Of a DNA stretch of 64,000 bases, positions 45,086 to 55,141 are shown piece by piece. A model generated the notes under the pieces. That model was not told the origin of the DNA. It made no database searches and saw only the letters and a program-made list of their open reading frames with translations. The first letter of the stretch is position 1. Each line of letters begins with the position of its first letter. Position numbers and translations under genes: made by a program. The DNA comes from a virus: the IMG/VR virus record IMGVR_UViG_3300048686_000449, positions 11,899 to 75,898 of that record. One strand, given 5' to 3'.

Positions 45086-46315
45086 TTATTTCTCCCAATT
45101 TTTGGCGGATTGAAAATTGGCCCTGGAAAAAATCAGTCTGTCAATCAATTTTACAGCATTACCTTTCTTCAAGTTCACCGCCACAAAGCCTTCTGGTGTC
45201 GTGGCTCTGAACCCAGTATCGGTGCGCAGGAAGGTTCCGAGACTCTTGATCTGTTGTATTTTTCTGACAATCACCAACTTAGCTTGAACTAAGGCATTCA
45301 TCAATTCAATCATGACGATTAATGAGGCATAGTTCGTGCGCAAAAAGCCAATCGTTTGCGTCTTTTCTTTCGTGCGATTCGCTTTTGTTTCAGCTTTCTT
45401 CGCACTCAAAATCTCTTGATTCAGTTCTGTTTCATAGGTCCGAATAAACTGATTGATAAACAGAGGTGGCTTCTCAATACTCTGCCCCTGACGAATTTGC
45501 GCATTCTGAAACTTTTTGAGTGCAGCGATAATCTTTTCCTGAACCAATAATTGACCCATAAACCGTGAAGGAAGCTGTTTCACTAATCTCTGCGCCTCAA
45601 CAATATGATCTGTCACATCCTGCGTTTCTTCTTTGGTGAAGGTCGCGAGTCCACTTTCATCGACAAATGAGGCATCACGGAACCAGACCGATTTGATATG
45701 ATGAAGTGAACCGATATCGACGTTGAATGAGGCTTGCATATCCGCCATCGTTTTCCCATGATAGGAGGTATGGAACACAATTCCAATTTCAGCCTCAAGC
45801 ATCCGTTTGATCAGCGTTGAGTCCTTCGGGACCGCATAGACAATCGTATTTGGTTGGAAGGTGTAATAGTGCTCGCCATCGATGGTTTCTGATTTCAGAT
45901 CGCCTTTGGTGAATAACATATCACCTTGCAGCACACCCTTGATGCCAATCTCCGAGAGATATCGCAGCGCCACCTTGAGTTTCTTATTCAATCCTTCGGC
46001 GGGGTGATTTTTATCAATATCGGCATCAGTGAAGTTCAACTTCGGCGATTTCGCAAACACTGACTTGGTGCCGACGAAAAACTTTTTGGATTCAGGATCA
46101 ATACCGCAAACGATAGCAGGTGCGCCATCCCACTTGGTCGTGATATTGATTTGTTGATCAACATCACCTGACAACATATCGCGCAATGACCGCAAGAAAT
46201 TGACGGCATCATTGGCGCCAGCCAAGCCACGATTCAACACCTCATCTTCGAGGTGTTCCAGATGGACGTTTTTACCTTCTTTAGATTCTTTGAGGAACTG
46301 AGAGAATTTCATCAC
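45086..46315 (-). CDS. DUF6267-like protein, putative ligase-fold nucleotidyltransferase
   Basis: HLEHLED, TKWDGAPA, LQGDMLF, PEGFVA, AVKLIDR..FSRANF. Confidence 0.75.
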   Translation of the reverse strand: MMKFSQFLKESKEGKNVHLEHLEDEVLNRGLAGANDAVNFLRSLRDMLSGDVDQQINITTKWDGAPAIVCGIDPESKKFFVGTKSVFAKSPKLNFTDADIDKNHPAEGLNKKLKVALRYLSEIGIKGVLQGDMLFTKGDLKSETIDGEHYYTFQPNTIVYAVPKDSTLIKRMLEAEIGIVFHTSYHGKTMADMQASFNVDIGSLHHIKSVWFRDASFVDESGLATFTKEETQDVTDHIVEAQRLVKQLPSRFMGQLLVQEKIIAALKKFQNAQIRQGQSIEKPPLFINQFIRTYETELNQEILSAKKAETKANRTKEKTQTIGFLRTNYASLIVMIELMNALVQAKLVIVRKIQQIKSLGTFLRTDTGFRATTPEGFVAVNLKKGNAVKLIDRLIFSRANFQSAKNWEK

Positions 46316-46325
46316 GTGATGACCT

Positions 46326-46901
46326 CTATAAGTAATGCAGATACGTGCCTATGATATATTTAGGGTTGCTGATCGGTTTATTCCCAGCATGGAGAAACAT
46401 CCACATTGGTGGGAATATCAATAACTGTCCTTGAATGGGTTTCACGACCCGTGCGGATCCATTTGATAAGAATCGAGGAAACACTGTTTCTCCACCACTC
46501 TGAACGTCGTTCAAATACCAAAAGCACACCAAAAACCGTCGTGCCGAAGAATGATCTCCAACATCGACATGAAGCCGAAATTCATCATTCGTGTTTGGTA
46601 TATACCGTTTGATACGAATTTGTTCAAATCCATATTGCTCAGGTAATTGGCAAGAATCTAATCCAATATCTTTCGAATAAAGCTGCAAGACATCGATAGT
46701 TTTATTCACAAGGAGGTCGTGAATATCATGCCAATCAGATACTGAACTAACATTGATTTCAGTGAATGACCGATGACCTGGCATTGAAATTTTTTGTTGA
46801 TTCGCTGTATCCTGTTCAAACCGACGGATAATCATATTGCAGGTCTCAGCATCCAAAGAGGATGGGTATTCACGAACCAAACTGTTCAAGTCTTTTGTCA
46901 T
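46326..46901 (-). CDS. 2OG-Fe(II) oxygenase (prolyl-4-hydroxylase-like)
   Basis: F..HVD, WYLNDV..GGET.F, FPP.W...H.G..P and KYI. Confidence 0.88.
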   Translation of the reverse strand: MTKDLNSLVREYPSSLDAETCNMIIRRFEQDTANQQKISMPGHRSFTEINVSSVSDWHDIHDLLVNKTIDVLQLYSKDIGLDSCQLPEQYGFEQIRIKRYIPNTNDEFRLHVDVGDHSSARRFLVCFWYLNDVQSGGETVFPRFLSNGSARVVKPIQGQLLIFPPMWMFLHAGNKPISNPKYIIGTYLHYL

Positions 46902-47252
46902 AGAGTCGCAATCTTGAGTTTTTTATTCAGTCCCTCGCCTGGATGATTTTGATCAATATCCGCATCAGTGAAGTTTAACTTGGGAGATTGGGCAAAGACT
47001 GATTTGGTGCCGACGAAAAACTTTTTGGATGTGGGATCAATACCACAAAATGACCGCACGTGCGCCATCCCATTTGGTAGTGATATTTACTCGACGATCT
47101 GCGTCTCCCGACAACATATCGCGCAATGAGCGCAGAAAATTCACTGCATCAGTCGCTCCCGACAGACCACGGTTAATCACCTCGTCCTCAAGGTGCTCGA
47201 GATGGACGTTTTTACCTTCTTTAGATTCTGTAAGATATTGAAGAAATTTCAT
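46898..47252 (-). pseudogene. truncated, frameshifted duplicate of the 5' end of the DUF6267-like gene
   Basis: High similarity to ~45970-46312. One extra T (ATT-T-TGT-GGT) near 47047-47050. The restored frame ends ...KKLKIATL* at the oxygenase start. Confidence 0.8.
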
Positions 47253-48367
47253 TACAATTGAATCCCTAGTTTATCACGAACTCTATCCCAAGAGGCTTTA
47301 CTACGAAACGCATATTCGTCCCCCACATGATAAGTATCTAATTGAAATACTTTAGTAGCATCTGCGGTTGTCTGTAGGTGAAATTGAGGTATACCATCTT
47401 TCGTCAACCCCATTTTAATGATATTCAGATCTGGAAATAGAGCTTTCATGATATCATCAAATTTAAAATCTGATACTGAAGATATGTACTTAATCATCCC
47501 GAATACTACATTAACACTCAAAAATCCATACCCATCTTTATCTTTTTTAGCCATAGCTTTAGTTTCTTGCTTCTTCTGAGTAGAAATCTTATCAAATACA
47601 TACTCAGTTAAAAAAGATTCGTATGCTTTTTGATTAGATAACTTCAACTTAGAGATATACTCTTCTTTATTTTTTTCCAATTTAACGGCATCTGCTGCGA
47701 AATTAACGTTCCTAAAAATATTATAGACCTTCGAATCAAATCCTTCAGCCAACTTTTTCTTTTCCATCATCAACCCAAAAGCATTAACAACTCCAGAAAA
47801 CATCCCCCCATCCGTTAACGCCCTCAGCACATCTATCTCTACCTGAAAATTACGAAAGTCTGCCTGTGTTTTCATTTCGGTCATACGCTCAATAAACAGC
47901 CTCGGAACTAAGGGATTAGAACCACCCTTTAATGCCTTTGAGCTAAACCCATAATGAATTCCGTCTTTCACAAAGAAATCAAATATTTCATAATTTTGTC
48001 TAGTCGGAAACACAATATTATGCATCTTCTCTGATGTACTTTTTTGTAGAACAGTCAAAGCAAAAAAAGGACCAAGAACTTCACCGAAATTTTTAATGAT
48101 ATCGGTATCAGGAATATTATTTTTCTTGTACAATGATGCTAAAGGTATCGTTTTTTTCCCACCCATATATTCAACAAGGGCAATAAGATATTCTTTTGAT
48201 CCGCGATCCAAAGACTTAATAATATTAACCTTTTCCACCAACAGCTGTTGGTATTTACCGATAGGAATCACCCAAAACTTATCGTTCGATTTTCTGACCA
48301 AAGAGGGAATGTCTTGTGATCTTTCGCGTTCGAACAAACTAGAAGGTTGTAATGATTCCCAAGCCAT
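47252..48367 (-). CDS. hypothetical protein, possible PD-(D/E)xK-fold nuclease
   Basis: AT-rich 371-aa ORF. FGEVLG...FP...N..IFDF...FSSK pattern. Preceded by a late promoter. Confidence 0.45.
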   Translation of the reverse strand: MAWESLQPSSLFERERSQDIPSLVRKSNDKFWVIPIGKYQQLLVEKVNIIKSLDRGSKEYLIALVEYMGGKKTIPLASLYKKNNIPDTDIIKNFGEVLGPFFALTVLQKSTSEKMHNIVFPTRQNYEIFDFFVKDGIHYGFSSKALKGGSNPLVPRLFIERMTEMKTQADFRNFQVEIDVLRALTDGGMFSGVVNAFGLMMEKKKLAEGFDSKVYNIFRNVNFAADAVKLEKNKEEYISKLKLSNQKAYESFLTEYVFDKISTQKKQETKAMAKKDKDGYGFLSVNVVFGMIKYISSVSDFKFDDIMKALFPDLNIIKMGLTKDGIPQFHLQTTADATKVFQLDTYHVGDEYAFRSKASWDRVRDKLGIQL

Positions 48368-48388
48368 GAACTCTCCTTATTTACAAAG

Positions 48389-48396
48389 TATTTATA
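48389..48396 (-). promoter_or_regulatory. T4-type late promoter TATAAATA
   Basis: Exact motif upstream of the AAGGAG SD of the ORF at 48367. Confidence 0.7.
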
Positions 48397-48414
48397 ACTT
48401 AACCAATAATGAAG

Positions 48415-48816
48415 TTAAAGAGTCACGATCTCTTGAGTTTCAGTGGTATAATACACATGGCGAATTCCGAACTCTGCAATCGCTTTCTGACACCCTTCAC
48501 ATGGCTTTGACATTCCTAAACGAGGATTCAAACGATTATCATATTTAATCCGCACACTAATCAACATGGATCGTTTCAATTCCTTCTCAGATAAATGCCA
48601 AATCGCCCGTTTGATCGCAGCCACTTCAGCATGAAGATAGATGGCATCAGGACGCCGACGATATTTGATCTGAAACGGATGAGTTTTAAAATGATTGGTT
48701 CCAACAGCAACAATTCGATTGCGATACACAATCGCTGCAGCATGACGACTTCGATGATCATCAGCAGTTTCCGCTAACGCTTTCAACATCGGCATATGTC
48801 GAGCAACATCATACAT
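48415..48816 (-). CDS. cytidine/dCMP deaminase-like zinc protein
   Basis: HAE...SKPCEGC. Confidence 0.8.
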   Translation of the reverse strand: MYDVARHMPMLKALAETADDHRSRHAAAIVYRNRIVAVGTNHFKTHPFQIKYRRRPDAIYLHAEVAAIKRAIWHLSEKELKRSMLISVRIKYDNRLNPRLGMSKPCEGCQKAIAEFGIRHVYYTTETQEIVTL

Positions 48817-50189
48817 TATACAATTAATCCTGAATATTTTTCAAACTTCTGATGAACCTCTTCGTCATCCTGACCCGAATCAGTCAACTGCTGCGCAGAG
48901 TTTTCCACATCGTACAGTTTCATTTTTGCTCGATCAATCCCAATCACAAACCGTTTATTCGTAGAGGGATCGCCATACCGATTCTTCAACTGTTTGATCA
49001 TCACTTGATTCAACTGCTGCAATTCTTCCGTAACAATCATTGCAAACATAAAATCAGCCGTCGCGGGAAGCCCAAATGATTCGCTCGTATCAGTCAAGTC
49101 GGGGTCAGAATTCGCAAACCCGCTTCGTGTCGTCTGAGTCGCACTGACCAAGGGCACATCAAATTCTACTGCCAGTCCGCGCAACTCCTCGGCGATAGAT
49201 TTCACATAAGTGTAAGAGTTGATATTCGCTCCTGGTTTTACCCGAGCAGATGCACAAATATTGATGTAATCGACAAAGATAATATCAGGACGAAAGTTTT
49301 TCTTCAACTGAAGCTCATTCAACAATGATCTAAAATGAAGTACAGAGGCAGACGCCGTTGGATATTCCTTGATGATCAGTTTTCCTTGTGTTCGAGATCG
49401 AAGAGCTTGGAACTTCCTCTCGTAATCAGCTTTAGAAATTTTCTTCAATGTATCCAAATCTAAATTCAACAGATTCGCATCAACTCGTTCCGCAATCCGT
49501 TCTTCAGCCATTTCCATCGTCAGGTACAACACATTCAATCCTGCCGACAAACAGGATGCTGTCATATGACACATCGCCAAAGTTTTCCCGCAACCAGTTC
49601 CTGCGAGAATGATATTCAGTGTCTTTCTCGGCAATCCTCCATTTGTAATCTTGTTGAGGAACTCAAGATCAAACGCAATTCTCGCTTCTTTCTTATGATA
49701 AAACTCAAATCGTTGCTCAGCCTGTTCAATATAATCATGACCCACATGCGGATCAAACGAGACTCCCAGGGCTTTCTTGAGTAATTCTGGAATCTCACCC
49801 TTGGCACGTTTGGTTTTCTTATCTTCAAGAATCGCCACAGATTCTAGCACCGCATTATAGACTGCTTTGTCCTGGCAGAACGATTCTGTTTGCGAAATCA
49901 ACCACTCAAGATTCGTGTCATCCTGACGATGTTCATGAAGCGTCTTGATAAGATCGTGACTCTGCTGAACTTCATCTTCGCGTAATGAGGTATTCTCTGA
50001 CAAAGAGATAATGAGAGCTTCATACGTCGGACACGCTTTATAATCTTCAAGAAATCTACTGATACAGCGAAATAGCACCTTTTCCGAACGTTCAAGGAAA
50101 TATTCTTCTTTGAGAAACGGAAATACTTTTCGCGTGTAGTCTTCGTGATAAATGAGATGACGAAGAATAATGTGTTCAAGACGGGTCAT
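48816..50189 (-). CDS. gp41: replicative DNA helicase (T4 gp41)
   Basis: LAGTGCGKT, LTMEMAEE, DYINI, SATQTTR, SESFGLPATAD and QLKNRY. Confidence 0.95.
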   Translation of the reverse strand: MTRLEHIILRHLIYHEDYTRKVFPFLKEEYFLERSEKVLFRCISRFLEDYKACPTYEALIISLSENTSLREDEVQQSHDLIKTLHEHRQDDTNLEWLISQTESFCQDKAVYNAVLESVAILEDKKTKRAKGEIPELLKKALGVSFDPHVGHDYIEQAEQRFEFYHKKEARIAFDLEFLNKITNGGLPRKTLNIILAGTGCGKTLAMCHMTASCLSAGLNVLYLTMEMAEERIAERVDANLLNLDLDTLKKISKADYERKFQALRSRTQGKLIIKEYPTASASVLHFRSLLNELQLKKNFRPDIIFVDYINICASARVKPGANINSYTYVKSIAEELRGLAVEFDVPLVSATQTTRSGFANSDPDLTDTSESFGLPATADFMFAMIVTEELQQLNQVMIKQLKNRYGDPSTNKRFVIGIDRAKMKLYDVENSAQQLTDSGQDDEEVHQKFEKYSGLIV

Positions 50190-50523
50190 TCAATCCCAAC
50201 TCCTTAGTTTCAATCATTGAACAAAGAATATCACCAGCAGTGGTATGAAACTCGTGATCTAACTCACTGAATCCCGAACGATTCAAAATCTCTGTAGAGA
50301 AATGTAATGTTGCAAATCCTTCTGATTCTGTGACATAGGACCATCGATACCGATACCGCGCCCCCGCATACAGACCAGTCAACACTTCAATAAACTGGCC
50401 CGTATCATCTTCACAAATACGATAATCTTTATTCAGAATCTTCTTCGGTTGATCGGGTGGGAAGAATAGATCCGTAAGCCACTTCATACCGCTTGCGAAT
50501 AAATTCTTGAAATACTGTATCAT
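50176..50523 (-). CDS. gp40-like hypothetical protein
   Basis: Syntenic between uvsX and gp41. G.Y.G..Y.Y motif. Confidence 0.5.
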   Translation of the reverse strand: MIQYFKNLFASGMKWLTDLFFPPDQPKKILNKDYRICEDDTGQFIEVLTGLYAGARYRYRWSYVTESEGFATLHFSTEILNRSGFSELDHEFHTTAGDILCSMIETKELGLNDPS

Positions 50524-51463
50524 TCAACATATCTCCCCAAAATTCTTTGGTTTGTGTATCTTCAAAACGAAGTTTGGTAGTTTGTCCGTCTTTCTGATAC
50601 CAACCAGGTGACGGTTTCTTGACAAATCCGCCTTCTAACGCAACATCTAACAATCCTGAATATGGTTGAATGCCACCTTCAAATGAGACGGTAATCGGAA
50701 TCTTAGACTTCTCACGAACGAATCGTGACTTATCCACATTGATCACGAAATTGTAACCCGTCAACTCAGTGCCATCTTTATCTTGCTGACGACCAATAAT
50801 CCAGACGGTATCTGCGGAATACATCACACCAGTACCACCAGACACAATATCTTTGGGATACATACCAATTTCTTTGTAGGTATGATTCACCACCAACATC
50901 GGAATATCCTTGATACGCAGATGCGGAGTCACCATACGAAACAGTGATTTGATAGATTTTGATCGCGAAAAATCGGCAACGTTTTTACCCTCAATTGAAT
51001 CATCCACTTCTTTCTTAGATGCCAGATTCCCTAATGAATCTACAATAATCAGCACTCGTTCTTTTGCTTCAATAGACTGTAACTGCGTCATCACATCATG
51101 TTTCAACTGCTCAATATCAGTGATCGGCGTATGGAGAACACGCTTGGTATCAATTCCAAATGTATCAAAATATCCCTGCGGGCATCCAAACTCAGAGTCA
51201 TAAAACAAAATTACACTGTCTTCATATTTCTTCTGATGCGCAGCTGCCATCAAGAGCGCAAAACTGGTCTTGAAATGTTTAGATGGTCCAGCGAATACCG
51301 TCAATCCAGGCGTCAATCCACCATTCAGATGTCCAGATAATGCGACATTGATCATCGGCACATCCGTCTGAATTAGATCCGCATCAGTAAAAAACTTGGA
51401 CGATGACAACACGGAGGCAGAATCAATCGTCGTATTTTTCTTGAGTTTGTCAAGAAGACTCAT
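50429..51463 (-). CDS. uvsX: RecA-like recombinase UvsX
   Basis: AGPSKHFKT, FYDSEFG, DSLGNLAS and NHTY. Confidence 0.95.
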   Translation of the reverse strand: MSLLDKLKKNTTIDSASVLSSSKFFTDADLIQTDVPMINVALSGHLNGGLTPGLTVFAGPSKHFKTSFALLMAAAHQKKYEDSVILFYDSEFGCPQGYFDTFGIDTKRVLHTPITDIEQLKHDVMTQLQSIEAKERVLIIVDSLGNLASKKEVDDSIEGKNVADFSRSKSIKSLFRMVTPHLRIKDIPMLVVNHTYKEIGMYPKDIVSGGTGVMYSADTVWIIGRQQDKDGTELTGYNFVINVDKSRFVREKSKIPITVSFEGGIQPYSGLLDVALEGGFVKKPSPGWYQKDGQTTKLRFEDTQTKEFWGDMLNDTVFQEFIRKRYEVAYGSILPTRSTEEDSE

Positions 51464-51475
51464 ACAAGGCACCTC

Positions 51476-52222
51476 TTATTGAAATGTAGTAATGTTGGAT
51501 TTAGGAATCAATACACTTGATTGTACTATAGAAGGGTCATCAAAGTCAAAATTTTTACGATGCATCCAACTCATATTCGCAGCGATCAATAGCAAAATCG
51601 CTAATGGATCAAACACGGCAATGATCAACAAAATCACAATCCGAACCGCTTTATCAACAAATGACGGATCCGACTTGTCATAGAGAAACTCGGCAACATA
51701 CCGAATCGGTCCAATTTCACCCATCAAGGTATTTTCCTGTTGCTTCAATGGCAACTTAGTAGTACCAATGTCTTCTAATTGTTTCTGAAGACGACGTAAT
51801 TCACGAGATTCTGCTGGTGTTGGACCGTCTGGGCGTTCCGCTTGTTTTAGAATAAAATTCATACGTGATTGAAGCAATCGTTCACGAGTCTCTAGTGATT
51901 GAATCTGAATCGTGGTCGTAGACGAGACGGTCGTAGTTTGAAGATGTGCTGATGACAAAAAACCAAAAATCCCCATTGAGGTGATCAACATTAAGACCAA
52001 TACTGCTCCGGTGAAATAGGAGCGCAATCCCCAATGAACGACAGACCAATTACGATAGAGCCAAGACGCTGTGACTAACTTAGCCAGTTCTAATGTAGAA
52101 CCCATAATCATCACTGGCACAAACGCACCAGGAAAAATCTGTGTCAATCCGAGGACAGAGTAATATGCTGCCACTCCAGATAACATCAAGGCTGTCAAAA
52201 AAAGAATAATGATAAAGATCAT
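51476..52222 (-). CDS. membrane protein with coiled coil
   Basis: N-terminal TMs (A.YYSV.GL..IF, MG..LE..KLV), GPIRYVA and FDPLAILLLIA. Confidence 0.7.
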   Translation of the reverse strand: MIFIIILFLTALMLSGVAAYYSVLGLTQIFPGAFVPVMIMGSTLELAKLVTASWLYRNWSVVHWGLRSYFTGAVLVLMLITSMGIFGFLSSAHLQTTTVSSTTTIQIQSLETRERLLQSRMNFILKQAERPDGPTPAESRELRRLQKQLEDIGTTKLPLKQQENTLMGEIGPIRYVAEFLYDKSDPSFVDKAVRIVILLIIAVFDPLAILLLIAANMSWMHRKNFDFDDPSIVQSSVLIPKSNITTFQ

Positions 52223-52224
52223 AC

Positions 52225-54798
52225 TTATCCAAAGAATGTATCAAGGGTGTTACGTTGTTCCGTTTGCCATCCAATCGCATCCAGCACAATTTTCAAAGGT
52301 TCTACAAACGACTTTTCAAACTGTGTGTCATAATCAATAATGGATTCTAAGTGCCACTGTTTCGGAGGTTGCTGAATAAACGAAATCACAGGCGACTGAA
52401 ATGTATTCGGTTCTTTCAAATACACGAACTTGATCTTCTCGCCTTCTTGAATTCGTTCATACTGCGTCTCCAACTGATCTCGTTTCAAACGATGATTATA
52501 AACTAACGCACCCTTGACATGAATCGGGGTGCCTTTCGCTTTCATCAAATCTGCATCGTTAGACATCATCGTAGATGTGTGCGATGATTTTCCATACTTC
52601 ACCATACCATTGACTGAGCGAGGAAACGAGACTTCTTGTGCAGGAAGCGTTTTGAATTCCTGGCGAAACCGATTAATGAACTCAACCACTGCGGTCTGAT
52701 CACCCGTAAAGATCATTTTCAGGACGTCTTTGATCTTTTCACGACATGCCGATGGCGTCGAGGACTTCACCGCCTCTAATCCTTGAATCTTGAGTTGTGG
52801 TTCAGAAAATCGCACTCCCTCTAAATCATAGACATGAAGCAGATAGCGTTTCTTGGCAGTCCAAATCGCTTGATCGGCAATCGCTTCTCGCTTCATGTGC
52901 ATCTTTTGTGCATACGCATTGACATAGGTTGCCAATTCCTGATATGAGGCATCAATCTGCGGTTGAATCTTCTGTTGGCAGAATTGATCGAGGATACTCA
53001 CAATTTTATCTTTATCAATCCCAGGTTTTGTCAGTTTTTTCACTAGAGGACCCAAATTCAAATACACAGAATCCGTATCAATGGCGATCACATAATCGAT
53101 GTTGTCGGTCTTGAGCAATCGATTCAAATATTGATTTAAAGCTCTTTCAATCCATCGAATCGAAAGTTGTCCTGAGAGTGTAATCGCTTCCGCAATACGA
53201 ATATCAAAAAACCTAAAGTGCACGTTTCCGGTCGCTCCATAGGCTGAGTTCAACCCGACTTTCTTAGATAACTGAAGATTGTTATATCGTGAAATGTCAT
53301 AACCAAGTTGCTGAATGTGTGCGACAGGAGCCTTGGGATCTTTCTTTAGTGATTCAAGTTCTTTCTTTGCATCCAACATTTTCTTCTTATACAAACTACG
53401 ATCCGCAAACATCTTCTCCATGATTTCAGGTAAAAATCCTTGTGTCTTGGTGGAGAAGAGTTGCTGATTCGGTGTCACCGTCAGATCATATAACCCCGAA
53501 GTATCGACAGATTTTGACAGCAACGAATCAACAGTAATCGTAGATAGCCACGTGTCATAGTGTGTGGTGTCACAAAGAGTCTCGGGGGAAAGATTATACA
53601 TTTGGATCAAGTGGGGATACAACGACGCCAGGTCAAACGACACCACCCACTCAAACAATCCAATCTGCGGATCTTTGACATAAGCTCCCTCATATGATTC
53701 CTTTTTACTCTGCTCTTTTTTCGGTGGAATGACGATGTTCTTTTTTCGCAAGTGATTATAGCAAATGATATCCCACATACGGACTTGCGTATAGACATCT
53801 TCATAATTCACTTTATTATCATAAGCGAGCGTCATCGCCATTTCAATCAGTCGCCCTTTGGCATTTAGTTGTTCCACCAGCGCCACGTCATGAACGTTGT
53901 ATTCGATGAACTTTTGATGATTGAGTTTGTAAAGTTGATGAAGCGTTTCATACTCCTCATACGAGAGTTTTTTCTGCTTCAATTCTACATTCGCAATATG
54001 ATCCAATTTATAACTTTCTTGAGACGCATTGGGAGCATACTTACGAAACAACTGAAGATAATCCAGCGTAGCAATTCCCACGAGATCATAGGTGATAATC
54101 GTTTTCTGATAAAATTGTTCTTCATCCTCTAACACCACACCAAACGGCGACAATCGTTTCGCCATGGATTCGCCATAGAGATTGTTCAGTCGGCGATAGA
54201 GATAGGGAATATCAAAACTCTTGATGTTCCATCCAGAGACCACATCGGGTTCTGCTTCCACCCAAAACTGAAGAAAATTTTCCAGTAAGTCTTGTTCATT
54301 GACGCAATGACGGTAGAGGATATTATCTTGTGTACTACTGAATACACCAGTTCCCCACACATAATAGTTGGGAGAATTGGACAATTTGACAGTAATCGCA
54401 GTGACAGGATGAGCAGCCTCACGAGGTTCGGGAAACCCCTGTTCCGAGTAAGTTTCAATATCGATATACGCAATAAGAACGTGTGAGGGATTCCACTCAA
54501 TCACATCTTCGGGATGCTCGTCAGAAATATACGTGTACTCAAATCGTGTTTGCCCATAAATGGTAAATCCACTGACATCTTTATATTGCTTGATAAAGTT
54601 TTTCGCATCCCGAATGCTATCAAAAAACTTTGGTTCAACAGGAGATCCGTCTAAGGTATGAAACTCACTCTGTTGATTCTTAGAGGGAAGAAACACGACG
54701 GGAGCGTACTCCCGTCGTTCCTTGATTCGTTCACCATCACGGATACCTCGGTAATACAGCGTGTTTCCGAGGCATCTCACATTAGTATAAAAGTTCAT
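52225..54798 (-). CDS. gp43: family B DNA polymerase (T4 gp43)
   Basis: Exonuclease motifs DIET and GWNI..FD. Polymerase motifs SFDLASLYP, K..LNSAYG, DTDS and KKRY. Confidence 0.97.
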   Translation of the reverse strand: MNFYTNVRCLGNTLYYRGIRDGERIKERREYAPVVFLPSKNQQSEFHTLDGSPVEPKFFDSIRDAKNFIKQYKDVSGFTIYGQTRFEYTYISDEHPEDVIEWNPSHVLIAYIDIETYSEQGFPEPREAAHPVTAITVKLSNSPNYYVWGTGVFSSTQDNILYRHCVNEQDLLENFLQFWVEAEPDVVSGWNIKSFDIPYLYRRLNNLYGESMAKRLSPFGVVLEDEEQFYQKTIITYDLVGIATLDYLQLFRKYAPNASQESYKLDHIANVELKQKKLSYEEYETLHQLYKLNHQKFIEYNVHDVALVEQLNAKGRLIEMAMTLAYDNKVNYEDVYTQVRMWDIICYNHLRKKNIVIPPKKEQSKKESYEGAYVKDPQIGLFEWVVSFDLASLYPHLIQMYNLSPETLCDTTHYDTWLSTITVDSLLSKSVDTSGLYDLTVTPNQQLFSTKTQGFLPEIMEKMFADRSLYKKKMLDAKKELESLKKDPKAPVAHIQQLGYDISRYNNLQLSKKVGLNSAYGATGNVHFRFFDIRIAEAITLSGQLSIRWIERALNQYLNRLLKTDNIDYVIAIDTDSVYLNLGPLVKKLTKPGIDKDKIVSILDQFCQQKIQPQIDASYQELATYVNAYAQKMHMKREAIADQAIWTAKKRYLLHVYDLEGVRFSEPQLKIQGLEAVKSSTPSACREKIKDVLKMIFTGDQTAVVEFINRFRQEFKTLPAQEVSFPRSVNGMVKYGKSSHTSTMMSNDADLMKAKGTPIHVKGALVYNHRLKRDQLETQYERIQEGEKIKFVYLKEPNTFQSPVISFIQQPPKQWHLESIIDYDTQFEKSFVEPLKIVLDAIGWQTEQRNTLDTFFG

Positions 54799-54808
54799 AG
54801 AAATAAAC

Positions 54809-55123
54809 TTACTTCGTCAATCCTGAGGCGAGCACAATACCGCTTCCAAAAATACTATTATACTGATTCAGCAATTCTACCACAGGCGTTGTCATGGTCA
54901 AAATATCACTCCGATGAATCTTGATGCCCGTCTCAAATTCTTCAGTATAATTCAAAAACGGAGTAAACGCAATAGACGACGATTCAGAACGATCACGGGA
55001 AGGCACCAACATCACCATCACAGGATGTTTGACCACCACTTCAAAATCATTCTCACTATCGCAAATCTGCGCCATCATCGTATTCATCACACCCTTCATT
55101 GTCACACACTTCACATCAGACAT
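54809..55123 (-). CDS. conserved hypothetical (Sm-like) protein
   Basis: P...L..QY..IFGSGI motif, syntenic upstream of gp43. Confidence 0.65.
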   Translation of the reverse strand: MSDVKCVTMKGVMNTMMAQICDSENDFEVVVKHPVMVMLVPSRDRSESSSIAFTPFLNYTEEFETGIKIHRSDILTMTTPVVELLNQYNSIFGSGIVLASGLTK

Positions 55124-55141
55124 ACATCACCTCCCTCATAA

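Noticed and set aside
45970-47252. Diversity-generating retroelement TR/VR pair
   Set aside because: Differences are not adenine-specific, the repeat is N-terminal, and no reverse transcriptase is in the window.
22795-54798. Introns or inteins in nrdA, nrdB, gp41, uvsX or gp43, or stop-codon reassignment
   Set aside because: All are uninterrupted and of normal length in the standard code.
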